DNA from: Chromera velia | Taxonomy: Eukaryota | NCBI GenBank assembly: GCA_018398765.1 | Contig: JAHBMJ010000520.1 | Location: forward strand, 1 to 45,984 | Direction: 5' to 3' | Length of the DNA stretch: 45,984 nt | In this document: piece after piece, positions 22,651 through 36,000 of the stretch | Numbering within the stretch: the first letter of the stretch is position 1 | Layout of the letters: every line of letters starts with the position of its first letter | Notes under the pieces: model-generated | The model's input: the letters and a program-made list of their open reading frames with translations, nothing else | What the model was told of the DNA's origin: nothing | The model's database searches: none | Made by a program: the position numbers and the translations under genes

Positions 22651-23048
22651 ACACACACACACACACACATCCACCAACTAACGTACACACACACGCACAC
22701 ACTTACATACACAGTCACAGACAGACACAGATAGACCAAACAGACAGCTAGGATAAAAGACTGGCAGCCACGTACACAGAAAGGACACAGACAGACACAC
22801 ACACACACAGATACAGACAGACAGACACAGACAGACACAGACAGATACAGACAGACACAGACAGACACAGACAGACACAGACTGACACAGACATAGACAG
22901 ATACAGACAGACACAGACAAACATAGACGGACACAGACAGACAGACAGACACAGACAGACAAACACAGACAAACAGACAGACACAGACAGACAGACAGAC
23001 ATAGACAGACAAACACAGACAGACAGACACAAATAGACATAGACAGAC

Positions 23049-23121
<73 letters not shown>

Positions 23122-23175
23122 CAGACAGACAGACACAGACAGACAGTTTCGAATTTCTGACACAGACAAATAGAC

Positions 23176-23206
<31 letters not shown>

Positions 23207-23512
23207 CAGACACAGACACAGACACAGACATAGACATAGACATAGACCCAGACACAGACAGACACAGACAGACACAGACAGACACAGACAGACACAGACA
23301 GACACAGACAGACACAGACAGACATAGACAGACACAGACAGACATAGACAGACACAGACAGACAGACAGACACAGACAGACAGATGGATACAGACAGCCA
23401 GACACAGACAGACAGAATCGAATTTCTGATACAGACAGATAGACACAGACAGATAGATACAGACAGACAGCTAGACACATATAGACAGACACAGACAGAC
23501 ATAGACTGACAG
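22438..23512. repeat. (CA)n followed by a long (CAGA)n/(CAGACA)n microsatellite field; resumes at 24091-24415
   Basis: Seen directly in the sequence. Confidence 0.95.
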
Positions 23513-23515
23513 CTA

Positions 23516-24088
23516 GGGGGGGGCACTTCAGCCGGTTACACCATGGTTACTGATCCTACACCCCCCCCTTACAACGTGTGACATATAACCATCAGTCAAA
23601 AGTGGTGCCAATCGATTAGTTACGTTTGGTTACTCACAAAACTGGCTTAAAGATTGTTAAATAATTCAGGTTATGGTCAAAAATGATGAAAAATGATGTG
23701 TCACACTCACTTTGCCCCCAAACCCCCCGTAACCGGGTAACCCGTAACCTTTTTTGACCTTCCTCAAAAATGAAGTAACCTCCCTCAAGAAGCATTCAAA
23801 CGTATTCTAAACATCGTTTTGAATGTTTTTAAAAGTTGAAAATTTGGTCGGTTACTGAGCTTAAAATGCTCGTAACCGGGTAACCTGTAATCTCTTTATG
23901 TGATAAAGATAAAAAGGGGGTAACCCAAAGTAACCACGTAGCCTACACTTCAAAAACATCAGATTTCGACGTAACTTGACCAAGTAGAGCTCCAGGTTAC
24001 CGAACTGGCTCGTAAAAATTTGTTTTTGTTCACATTTTATGTTATTTTGGGCTCAAAATCTACCATAACCTTCCAGAGTGCCCCCCCC
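23516..24088. mobile_element. 573-bp MITE with TIRs GGGGGGGGCACT...AGTGCCCCCCCC, flanked by TA in a cTAg site, with many internal GGTTAC/GTAACC motifs
   Basis: Junctions are gacagcTA|GGGGGGGGCACT...AGTGCCCCCCCC|TAgactgacag. It interrupts the CAGA microsatellite. A second partial copy is at 1-84. Confidence 0.85.
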
Positions 24089-24305
24089 TAGACTGACAGA
24101 CACAAACAGACACATAGACATAGACACAGACACAGATACAGGCACAGACACAGACACAGAGTCTGACACAGACACAGACAGACACACATACACACACACC
24201 AGCCACACACACCTACATACAGACCTATCACCTACTGACTCGGGTTCTCAGCTGCCGGCTCGTCTCTAGATCCGTCTCGGTCTCCGTTGGACTGTACACC
24301 ATCTA

Positions 24306-24350
<45 letters not shown>

Positions 24351-25934
24351 ACACACACACACACATACACACACACACATATATATATATATACACACAC
24401 ACATACACACACACAACTTACAACATACCCACACATCCATCTCCTTCCATCCACCAGCCGTCTCTTGTCGAGACATACAACTGTCCAATCCCGCGCCCGT
24501 CTCGTTACCTCCTTCCACCTGTTTCCTCAAACAGTGCCAATTCACCCGCTAACGCACCCACAAAAAAATTCTAACTCTTCAACTTATTTCGGTTTCATGT
24601 CTCCATCTCACAGTTACAAGTCGCCGTCTCACACAATTATATATATAATTAATTTTGCAGTCTCTATAGCAATGTCCGAATTCTACATCGTTTTCGTTTT
24701 CACGGACCATCTACCTTTTCTTGTACGGGACAATTTTTTTTTTTCCGGCTTCACGGGTCCACGCACTAATATCTTTGCGGGGTTAGTAACCATACTGCTC
24801 TAACTCCGCGTGCACATAGATGCATATAGCATACTACAAAACGCTGTCTATAATGGATAGGGACGGAGTCTGTGGAGGTAGGAAGGGGTTGAAAAGAGAG
24901 GTAGAACACAGCCTCGAGGAAGAAAAATGATGCAGAATTGACTGGGACTGAAGGTGTTATTCAGTTCTTGTCTGACCTTCAGAATGACAGGCTTGTCTCT
25001 TTCCAGTTCTGCCCAGACCGGGGGGGTCCCCGGACATTCAACCTATTCCTAATGGTATCTGCTAGTCCCCTCGTATATAACCACCAGAGCCATCGCACTG
25101 TTTTATCTGTGGGCCCCCAGTTGCGTCGTTTCCCTGGATGGTGTTGTGTTATGTATCTTTGGATGTCAGTCTCCGTTTTGGTTGTTGGTTCGATTGTTTG
25201 GCCTCTCTCATGCAGTCCACCCGAGAGGCCCGTCAAGGCGTATCATACTGAGCCTCCCTCAGTCGCTTTCAGTCCATCTCATGAGCCTTTCTAAACCCAT
25301 TCGAGGAGTAATCACGGGGGATGGAATCGGTTTACAAAATCTGACGGAGGGAGAAATAGAGATGGACACAGCAAGGGCCTGCCTTTGTTTTTTGTTCTTC
25401 TGAAGATTGAGGCAGATGGAGTCGCTACCAGTACAGGTGAAGAGGGATATGGAGCTCTGGTGTAAGTGTACGTGGAGAGAGAGGTGAGAAAGGCTATCCA
25501 TTGGATTCTAATGGTTTTGTCTCTTTAGAAATCGAGGGAGGCGGGGTTGGTTCCAGTGTCTCTGTGGCGTTCTGAGGTACGTGTTCTAGAGTTGAGCTAG
25601 TCATGGACGCAGCGGATGTGGAGCGTACTCACAGGGCCCTCCCAGAGTGTGCTTGTTTCCCTTCAGTCCATCTGGGCGCACTCAGGGAGCCTGGCCGTCG
25701 AAATCCATCGAAGCCTGAGCCTTGCCCAATGCACTCACAGAGCCTGTCAGGGCATGAGCCCATCTCAGTCGGTCTCAGTACACCCGAGGCGCCAGTCGGA
25801 GTGTGAACCTCCCTTAATTAACCCCGGAATGCTTGTCGGCGCTTGTTAATACTCAATTCTGAAGTGCGTGCCCCCGGCTACCCTCCCTTCTGCCCTTGAG
25901 CTGGGCTTCTCGGCATTCACTTGGTATCTGTGGC

Positions 25935-26484
25935 CTTGCTCTAGAGCTGGGCCACCGCTGACTACGTCTTGATGTATGTGTGCAGCTTTACCCTAGAGCT
26001 AGGACGCTGCTGACTGCGTCTTGATGTACGTGTGCAGCTTTGCCCTAAAGCTGGGCCACTGCTGACTGCATCTTGATGTACGTGTGCAGCTTTGCCCTAG
26101 AACTGGGCCGCTGCTGGCTGCGTCTTAATGTACGTGTGCAGCTTTGCCTTAGAGCTGGGCCGCTGCTGACTGCGTCTTAATGTACGTGTGCAGCTTTGCC
26201 TTAGAGCTGGGCCGCTGCTGACTGCGTCTTGATGTATGTGTGCAGCTTTGCCCTAGAGCTGGGCCGCTACTGACTGCGTTTTGATGTACGTGTGCAGCTT
26301 TGGCCTAGAGCTGGGCCACCGCTGACTGCGTTTTGATGTACGTGTGCAGCTTTGCCCTAGAGCTGGGCCGCTGCTGACTGCATCTTGATGTACGTGTATA
26401 GCTTTGCCCTAGAACTGGGCCGCTGCTGACTGCGTTTTGATATACGTATGCAGCTTTGCCCTAGAGTTGGGCTGCTGCTGACTG
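25935..26484. repeat. 52-bp minisatellite, about 10.5 copies
   Basis: Unit ctagagctgggccgctgctgactgcgtcttgatgtacgtgtgcagctttgcc, with starts at 25941, 25993, 26045, etc. Isolated partial units occur at about 27620-27706 and 29648-29690. Confidence 0.95.
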
Positions 26485-27706
26485 GCTGTGCGTCTGTGCG
26501 AATGCAGAAGGAGTTGGAGTTGGTAAGTGAATGGAGAGGGAGATGGAGCCGGTGTGCGAATAGAGAGGGAGATGGAGTTGGTTAGTGAATAGAGAGGGAG
26601 TTGGAGCCGGTGTGCAAATGGAGAAAGAGATCGAATTGGGCAGCGAAGAGAGAGGGAGTCTCAGATAGCATCCATGTGCAAATGGAGAAGGAAATAGAGT
26701 TGGCAAGCGAATGGAGAGGGAGATAGAGACGGTGTGCGGATGAAGAAGGAGATGCAGTTAGTAAGCAAATGCAAGGAGAGAGACCTGAGAGTTCTTTAGT
26801 GAGGTTCAGTCCACTTGGGGAGCTCATCGACTAGCTCATCGAAGCTTGGGTCTCCCCTAATCAACCGAAATGCCGGCCAGCATGTGGGCCTTCCTAGTAT
26901 GCCTTCCTCTGTTTGCCCGAGATGCCCTTTAAAGCGTACTGAGCCTATTTTAGTTCACCTCGGTTCACTTGAGATGCCAATTAGAGATCATCACAGGCTC
27001 TGAAATCATGGGCCCCCCCCAGTTTACCCGAGTCGCCCGTAGGAACGCGGGAGTCCCTTAGTCAATTCAAGGAGCTAGTCAGAGATTGTCACAGGCTTTG
27101 ATAGCGTGAGCTCGCCTCTCCCAGCCTAGTACCCGAGACGCCCGCCAGAACGTGTGACTCTCCAGCTTACCTAAGGAGCCCGTCAGAGCATGAGCCCCTC
27201 TCAGTCCACCCGAGAAGCCCGTTGGAGTTATGAGCCTCCCTTAGTCTGTCCTAGAGTGCTTGTCGGCGCTTGTGGGCCCTCGAGCCTCCCTCAATCACTG
27301 TGTCACTATGATGCGTTGGCCCTTAGAGGGTAGCGTTCTTTGTATATCGTTGAGAGATGTTGAGAGCCGTCAGGTCCCAAAGGGAGGAAGCGCCGGGATA
27401 TTATTGGGAAGAGCGCAGGAGCGGGAGTCCTTGGGTACCGGAGCGAGGGTCCTTAATTGGGTGCAGATGCTGAGGGAGAGAGAGCTGGGGGTTCCTCAGT
27501 CTACCTGAGGAGCCCGTTGGAGCCTGGGTCTCTCCCAACATATCCAGAGTGTGGGCCTCCCTATGCCCTCCTCTGTTCGCCCGAGTTGCTCTTCCAGGAG
27601 CTAACGGGAGTCTTTGGGTTGATGTGTGCGGCCTTACTCTAGAGCTGGGCCGCTACTGACTGCGTTTTGAGGTGTACAGTTTTGCCCTAGCTCTGGGCTG
27701 CTGCTG

Positions 27707-29560
27707 ATTGTGGATACAGAGGCTGTTGGAGTTTGGTGTGTGGATGGAGAGGGTGATGGGGTTGGTATGTGGATGGAGAGGGTGATGGAGTTGGTGTATA
27801 GATGGAGAGGGTGATAGAGTTGGTATGTGGATGCAGAGGGTGATGGAGTTGGTATGTGGATGGAGAGGGTGATGAAGTTTGGTGTGTGGATAGAGAGGGT
27901 GATGGAGTTGGTGTGTGGATGGAGAGAGACCCGGTGATAGCCTTGGTATGTGGATGGAGAGGGTGATGGAGTTGGTGTGTGGATAGAGAGGGTGATGGGG
28001 TTGGTGTATGGATGAAGAGGATGATGGAGTTGATATATAGATGGAGAGGGTGATAGAGTTGGTGTGTGGATGGAGAAGGTGATGGAATTGGTGTGTAGAT
28101 GGAGAAGGTGATGGAGCTAGTGTGTGAATACTAGGTGTGGATGTAGAGGGTGATAAAGTTAGACTAAGTGTGTGAAATCCCATGGAGAGGGTGCATGATA
28201 GAGTTGGTGTGTGGATGGAGAGAGTGATGGAGTTTGGTGTGTGGATGGAGAGGGTGATGGAGTTGGTGTGTGGATAGAGAGGGTGATGGAGTTGGTGTGT
28301 GGATGGAGAGGGTGATGGAGTTGGTGTGTGAATGGAGAGAGACCCGGTGATAGTCTTGGTGTATGGATGGAGAGGATGATAGAGTTAGTGTGTGGATGGA
28401 GAGAGGCCCGGTGATAGTCTTGGTGTGTGGATGGAGAGGGTGATGGAGTTGGTGTGTGGATGGAGAGGGTGATGGAGTTTGGTGTGTAGATGGAGAGGGT
28501 GATGGAGTTTAGTGTGTGGATAGAGAGGGTGATAGAGTTGGTATGTGAATGGAGAGAGACCCAGTGATACTCTTGGTGTGTGGATGGAGAGGGTGATAGA
28601 GTTGGTGTATGGATGGAGAGGGTGATGGGGTTGGTGTGTGGATGGAGAGGGTGATAGAGTTGGTGTGTGGATAGAGAGGGTGATAGAGTTGGTGTATGGA
28701 TAGAAAAGGTGATAGAATTGGTGTATGGATGGAGAGGGTGATGAAGTTGGTGTGTGGATGGAGAGGGTGATAGAGTTGGTGTGTGGATGAAGAGGGTGAT
28801 AGAGTTTGATGTGTGGATGGAGAGGGTGATGGAGTTGGTGTGTGGATGGAGAGGGTGATAGAGTTGGTATATGGATGGAGAGGGTGATGGAGTTGGTGTG
28901 TGGATGGAGAAGGTGATGGAGTTGGTGTGTGGAAGGAGAGGGTGATCATGGAGTTGGTGTGTGAATGGAGAGAGACCCGGTGATAGTCTTGGTATGTAGA
29001 TGGAGAGGGTGATGGAGTTAGTGTATGGGGGTGATAGTCTTGGTGTGTGGATGGAGAGGGTGATGGAGTTGGTGTGTGGATGGAGAGGGTGATGGAGTTG
29101 GTGTGTAGATGGAGAGGGACCCGGTGATCATAGTGTTGGTGTGTGGATGGAGAGGGTGATGGTGTTGGTGTGTGGATAGAGAGGGTGAAGAGTTGGTGTG
29201 TGGATGGAGAGGGTGATAGAGTTAGTATATGGATGGAGAGGGACCCGGTGATCATAGTGTTGGTGTATAGATGGAGAGGGTGATGAAGTTGGTGTGTGGA
29301 TGGAGAGAGTAATGATCCAGGAGTTTGGTGTGTGGATGGAGAGGGTGATAAAGTTGGTATGTGGATAGATAGAGTATTAGAGTTGGTGTGTAGATCAAGA
29401 GGGTGATGGTGTTGATGTGTGATTGAGGAGAGTGATTGTCAGTTAGTTGGTATTTGGATGCCACTGAATGGAGAGAATAACAAAGTTGGCGTGTGGATTA
29501 AGTAGAATTTGGGCCCAGTGCGAGCCGGCGTGCAGATGGAGAGGGAGATGGAGTTGATCT
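27707..29560. repeat. 29-bp purine/G-rich minisatellite, about 60 copies, plus diverged copies at about 26500-26785
   Basis: Unit gatggagagggtgatggagttggtgtgtg, with a recurrent variant gagagacccggtgatagtcttgg. Confidence 0.95.
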
Positions 29561-30024
29561 ACGTCTACGTATGGAAGCTGAAGGAGCTGTAGTCGATATT
29601 ATGATGAGAAAGGGGACGGTATGGGACGGTCCGGGAGTTAGCATAATCTAGAGCTGAGTCGCCAGCTATTTGCCCTAGAGCTGGGCTTCTCAATTAACAT
29701 TCGGTCATGATGCAGCATGCTTGTTTGGAGTTCTCTCCTTCTCGCATGAGTCGGTTATCCACCTTGGCCTGTTTTTCCTCATTGAACGGTTCTGCATGCC
29801 AGAGGTTTTTTGTTCAGGACCACTTTAGGGAGCAGGCCGACAGACCGTATATAAATAACCAGACACGTGACTTGCGCCGGGTAATGCCGAGCAGCTGCGT
29901 GATGCATGCATATGGGGTGGTACTACCTGGACGGGCAGAAGCTCCTATACCTCCCCTTAATACCTAATACCTAATAGCTGATCGACAAAAATCATGCGTT
30001 CTCAGACGCGCGCGCTCTGGTTGT

Positions 30025-33000
30025 ATGGAAGGCGAAGCCTAGCTTGTGGAGTGAAGCCGTGCGTTCAAACGACGGAAATCATGATCCGATGGGAAATATA
30101 GTCCCGGGCCTGGCACGGCCTTTGCGGCACCAACGCGCCGAGCTGGGAATGTCAAATCCGTCCCGCGCGTGCGAGAAAAAATAGTGGTCACGGTTTTATC
30201 TGCCGCGCACTCAAAAAAATGCGTGAGTCAGAAAAGATATGTTGAGTAGTTGAAGAGGAGTCAAACGAAGGAGAAAAGACGGTAGTCCGTTCTAATAGTT
30301 CCGTCGAACGAACCGGAAGAAGACGTTTCTGGTTTGAAATTAAGCGAACTCGTCAGAGTCCCCCAACCGAAAAGGTGGGGAGGTCTCAAGTTGAAAGACG
30401 GTGGTCGAAAGACCCAAAAAATTAGACGGAACACAACAGCCGGAAGAGGCTGCAGCGTTCTCTCCTCTGTCCCTTCTTGAAAGAGTCTCCTCCGAGAAAG
30501 GTAAAAGGAAGGGACTAGGCAGAGGAGCAACTGGGCTGGGAAGCCCCTTCCGATTGGCACAAAGGCACAGGGATGCCACATTAAGGTGAGCACCTTCTTC
30601 ACAACATAGCCACTGGATCCACAACAAGTGTTGCCCATATATATTCCCTCGCTCTCTTCCCTTGCTAATGTGCAGGGTGACATGAGGACAAGGAGCCTAA
30701 TAAGCATCAATTCGACGTGTTGAAGACCGCTGTAAAGGTCAGTGACCATGTTGAACACAAATGAGCTAACTTATGGAAGTCGGCGTCTCCTCACGTCTCG
30801 ATCCTTAAAGTCGCTCGCACAATTTCTCACACAGAGAGGGTGGATCACAGGATTGCGAATCTCTCACATTTCCCATCCATGCCACGTGCTTTAGTAGAAG
30901 GGGTGACAGTGAATCACTGTGCATCCTTGTCTTCTGCCTGACTGCAGAGCGTCAGGAGATCCTGGAAAGACGCTCCCCGCCTGTCCATAAAAGGCCAGCC
31001 CGGCTTTGGTATACGGGCCCCCACAAAAGGCAAGGTGAGAAGGCATTCTCCCCCCCCCCAAATGTGCTAACCGTCCGCATGAACTAATGCAGCCGCAGTT
31101 TTGCATTCCTCCCTTCATCTTGGCAGACAGAGAAGGGCACAAACCTCTCTTTCTGTACATCTTTCCATTCTCAACAGGCAGAGAACGGCCAAGATCCCTC
31201 CCTCTGTGCGTCTTCATTCTTTTGCCGACAGAGCAGGGCAGAGATTCTTCTCTCAGTGCATCTTTTCATACTTCGCAGACAGAGAAAAGCAGAGACCCCT
31301 CTCTATGTACATCTTCATTCTTTGCAGACAAAGAAGGGCAGGACTCCTCTCTCTGTACATCTTCTTCTTTGCAGACAGAGAAGGGAAGACACCCCTCTCT
31401 CTGTACATCTTCATTCCTTGCAGACAGAGATCGAAGGCCAAAGATCCCTCTCTCTGTGCATCTTTTCATTCTTTGCAGACAGAGAAGGGCAGAGACCCCT
31501 CTCTCTATACATCTTCCTTCTTTGCAGACAAAGAAGGGTAGGACCCCTCTCTCTGTACATCTTCTTCTTTGCAGACAAAGAAGGGAGGAGACCCCTCTCT
31601 CTGTACATCTTTCTTCTTTGCAAACAGAGAAGGCCAGAGACCCCTCTCTCTGTACATCTTTCTTCTTTGCAGACAGAGAAGGCCAGAGACCCCTCTCTCT
31701 GTACATCTTTCTTGCAGACAGAGAAGGGCAGAGACCCCTCTCTCTGTACATCTTTCTTCTTTGCAGACAGAGATGGCTGGACCCTCTCTCTGTACATCTA
31801 TCTTCTTTGCAGACAGAGAAGGGCAGGACCCTCTCTCTGTACATCTTTCTTCTTTGTAGATAGAGAAGGGCAGGACCCTTCTCTCTGTACATCTTCTTCT
31901 TTGCAGACAGAGAAGGGCAGGACCCCTCTCTCTGTGCATCTTTCTTCTTTGCAGACAGAGAAGGGCAGGACCCCTCTCTCTGTACATCTTTCTTCTTTGC
32001 AAACAGAAAAGAGCAGGACCCTCTCTCTATACATCTTTCTTCTTTGCAGACAGGGAAGGGTAGGACCCCTCTCTCTGTACATCTTTCTTTTTTGCAGACA
32101 GAGAAGGGCAGAGACCCCTCTCTCTGTACATCTTCTTTGCAGACAGAGAAGGGCAGAGACCCCCCTCTCTGTACATCTTTCTTCTTTGCAGACAGAGAAG
32201 GGCAGGGCCCTCTCTCTGTATATCTTAAAGTTTTTTCTTTGCAGACAGAGAAGGGCAGGACCCTCTCTCTGTGCATTTTTCTTCTTTGCAGACAGAAAAG
32301 GGCAGAGACCCATCTCTCTGTACATCTTCTTCTTTGCAGACAGAGAAAGGCAGAACCCCTCTCTCTGCACATCTTCATAACCCCTCTCTCTGTACATCTT
32401 CATTCTTTGCAGAAAGAGAAGGGAAGACACCCCTCTCTCTGTACATCTTCATTCTTTGCAGACAGAGAAGGGCAGGACCCCTCTCTCTGTACATGTTTCT
32501 TCTTTGCAGACAGAAAAGGGCAGGACCCTCTCTCGGTACATCTTAAAGTTTCTTCTTTGCAGACAGAGAAGGGCAGGACCCTCTCTCTGTACATCTTTCT
32601 TCTCAGCAGACAGAGAAGGGCAGGACCCCTCTCTCTGTACATCTTTCTTCTTTGCAGACAAAGAAGGGTAGGACCCCTCTCTCTGTACATCTATCTTCTT
32701 TGCAGACAGAGAAGGGCAGGACCCCTCTCTCTATAAATCTTTCTTCTTTGCAGACAGAGAAGGGCAGAGACCCATCTCTTTGTACATCTTCTTCTTTGCA
32801 GACAGAGAAGGGCAGGACCCTTCTCTTTGTATGTCTTTCTTCTGTGCAGACAGACAAGGGCAGAACACCTCTCTCGGTACATCTTTCTTCTTTGCAGACA
32901 GAAAAGGGCAGGACTCTTCTCTCTGTACATCTTTCTTCTTTGCAGACAGAGATAGCTGGACCTTCTCTCTGTACATCCTTCTTCTGTGCAGATAGAGAAG

Positions 33001-36000
33001 GGCAGGACCCCTCTCTCTGTACATCTTTCTTCTTTGCAGACAGAGAAGGGCAGGACCCTCTCTCTGTACATCTTTCTTCTTTGCAGACAAAGAAAGGCGG
33101 CACCCCTCTCTCTGCACATCTTTCTTCTTTGCAGACAGAGAAGGGCAGGACCTTCTCTCTGTACATCTTTCTTCTTTGCAGACAGAGAAAGGCAGGACCC
33201 TTTCTCTGTATATCTTCATTCTTTGCAGACAGAGAAGGGCAGGACCCCTCTCTCTGCACATCTTTCTTCTTTGCAGACAGAGAAGGGCAGGACCCTCTCT
33301 CTGTGCATCTTTCTTCTTTGCAGACAGCGAAAGGCAGCACCCCTCTCTCTGCACATCTTTCTTTTTTGTAATGAAGGGCAGGACCCTCTCTCTGTACATC
33401 TTTCTTCTTTGCAGACAGAGAAAGGCAGGACCCTCTCTCTATATATCTTCATTCTTTGCAGACAGAGAAGGGCAGAGACCCCTCTCTCTGCACATCTTTC
33501 TTCTTTACAGACAGAGAAGGGCAGGACCCTCTCTCTGTACATCTTCACTCTTTGCAGACAGAGAAGGGCAGGACCCCCCTCTCTGTACATCTTCTTCTTT
33601 GCAGACAGAGAAGGGCAGGACCCCTCTCTCTGTACATCTTCATTCTTTGCAGACAGAGAAGGGCAGAGACCCATCTCTCTGTACATCTTTCTTCTTTGCA
33701 GACAGAGAAAGGCACGACCCTCTCTCTGTATATCTTTACTCTTGCAGACAGAGAAGGGCACGACTTTGCAGACAGAGAAGGGCAGGACCCCTCTCTCTGT
33801 ACATCTCTCTTCTTTGCAGACGGAGAAGGGCAAGACCCCTCTCTCGGTACATCTTTCTTCTTTGCAGACAGAGAAGGGCAGGACCCCTCTCTCTGTACAT
33901 TTTTCTTCTTTGCAGACAGAGAAGGGCAGGACCCCTCTCTCTGTTACAGTACATCTTTCTTCTTTGTAGACAGAGAAGGGCAGGACCCTTCTCTCTGTAC
34001 ATCTCTCTTCTTTGCAGATAGAGAAGGTAGGACCCCTCTCTATACATCTTTCTTCTTTGCAGACACAGAAGAGCAGGACCCCTCTCTCTGTGCATTTTTC
34101 TTCTTTGCAGACAGAGAAGGGCAGAGACCCATCTCTCTGTACATCTTCTTCTTTGGAGACAGAGAAGGGCAGGACCTTCTCTCTGTACATCTTTCTTCTT
34201 TGCAGACAGAGAAGGGCAGGACCCTCTCTCTGTACATCTTTCTTCTTTGCAGACAGAGAAGGGTAGGGACCCATCTCTCTGTACATCTTCTTCTTTGCAG
34301 ATAGAGAAGGGCAGAGACCCCTCTCTCTGTACATCTTTCTTCTTTGCAGACAGAAAAGGGCAGGACCCTCTCTCTGTATACCTTCATTCTTTGCAGACAG
34401 AGAAAGGCAGGACCCTCTCTCTGTACATCTTTTTTCTTTGCAGACAGAGAAGGGCAGGACCCCTCTCTCTGTACATCTTCATTCTTTGTAGACAAAGAAG
34501 GGCAGGAACCCTCTCTCTGTACATTTTTCTTCTTTGCAGACAAAGAAGGGCAGGACCCTCTCTTTGTACATCTTTCTTCTGTATAGACAGGGAAGGGCAG
34601 GACCCTCTCTCTGCACATCTTTCTTCTTGCAGATAGAGAAGGGCAGGAACCTCTCCCTGTACATCTTTCTTCTTTGCAGACAGAGAAGGGCAGGACCCCT
34701 CTCTCTGTACATCTTTCTTCTTTGCAGACAGAGAAGGGCAGAACCCCTCTCTCTGTACATCTTTCTTCTTTGCAGACAGAGAAGGGCAGGACCCTCTCTC
34801 TGTATATCTTTCTTCTTCGTAGACAGAGAAGGGCAGGACCCTCTCTCTGCATATCTTTCTTCTTTGCAGACAGAGAAGGGCCGGACCCCTCTCTCTGTAC
34901 ATCCTTCTTCTTTGCAGACAGAGAAGGGCAGGGACCCATCTCTCTGTACATCTTCTTCTTTGCAGACAGAGAAAGGCAGAGATCCCTCTCTCTGTACATC
35001 TTTCTTCTTTACAGACAGAGAAGGGCAGGACCCTCTCTCTGTACAGCTTTCTTCTTTGCAGACAGAGAAGGGCAGGACCCTTCTCTTTGTACACCTTTCT
35101 TCTTTGTAGATAGAGAAGGGCAGGACCCCTCTCTCTGTACATCTTTCTTCTTTGCAGACAGAAAAGGGCAAGACCCTCTCTTGGTACATCTTAAAGTTTT
35201 TTCTTTGCAGACAAAGAAGGGCAGGACCCTCTCTCTGTACATCTTTCTTCTCAGCAGACAGAAAAGGGCAGGACCCCTCTCTCTGTACATCTTTCTTCTT
35301 TGCAAACAGAGAAGGGCAGGACCCCTCTCTTTGTGCAGCTTCATTTTTTGCAGACAGAGAAGGGCAGAGACCCCTCTCTCTGTACATCTTTCTTCTTTGC
35401 AGACAAAGAAGGGCAGGACCTCTCTCTCTGTATATTTCTCTTCTTTGCAGACAGAGGAGGGTAAAGACCCCTCTCTCTGTGTATCTTCATTCTTTGCAGA
35501 CAGAGAAGGGCAGGACCCCTCTCTCTGTACACCTTCATTCTTTGCAGACAGAGAAGGGCAAAAATCCTTCTTTCTATGTATCTTTTCATTCTTTGCGCAG
35601 ACAGAGAAGGACGAAGACGCCTCTCTCTGTGCATTTTCATTCTTTGCAGACAGACAAGGGCAGAGATCCCGCTCTCTGGGCATTTTTTCATGCTTTGCAG
35701 ACAGAGAAGGGCAAACACCCCTCTCTCTGTGCATCTTTCTTCTTTACAGACAGAGAAGGGCAGAGACACCTCTCTCTGTACATCATTCTTCTTTGCAGAC
35801 GAGAAGAGCAGAGACCCCTCTCTCTATACATCTTTCTTCTTTGCAGACAGAGATCGAAGGTCAAAGATCCCTCTCTCTGTGCATCTTTCTTCTTTGCAGA
35901 CAGAGAAGTCCAAAGATTCCTCTCTCTGTACATCTTTCTTCTTTACATACAGAGAAGCGCAGGACCCCTCTCTCTCTATATCTTTCTTCTTTGCAGACAG

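Noticed and set aside
22300..23526. VC/HT/CLSV-rich ORFs of 125-351 aa
   Set aside because: Translations of (CA)n and (CAGA)n microsatellites.
27653..29464. His/Pro/Thr-rich ORFs resembling extensin or mucin
   Set aside because: They come from a 29-bp unit that is not a multiple of 3, so the frame cycles; this is a non-coding minisatellite.
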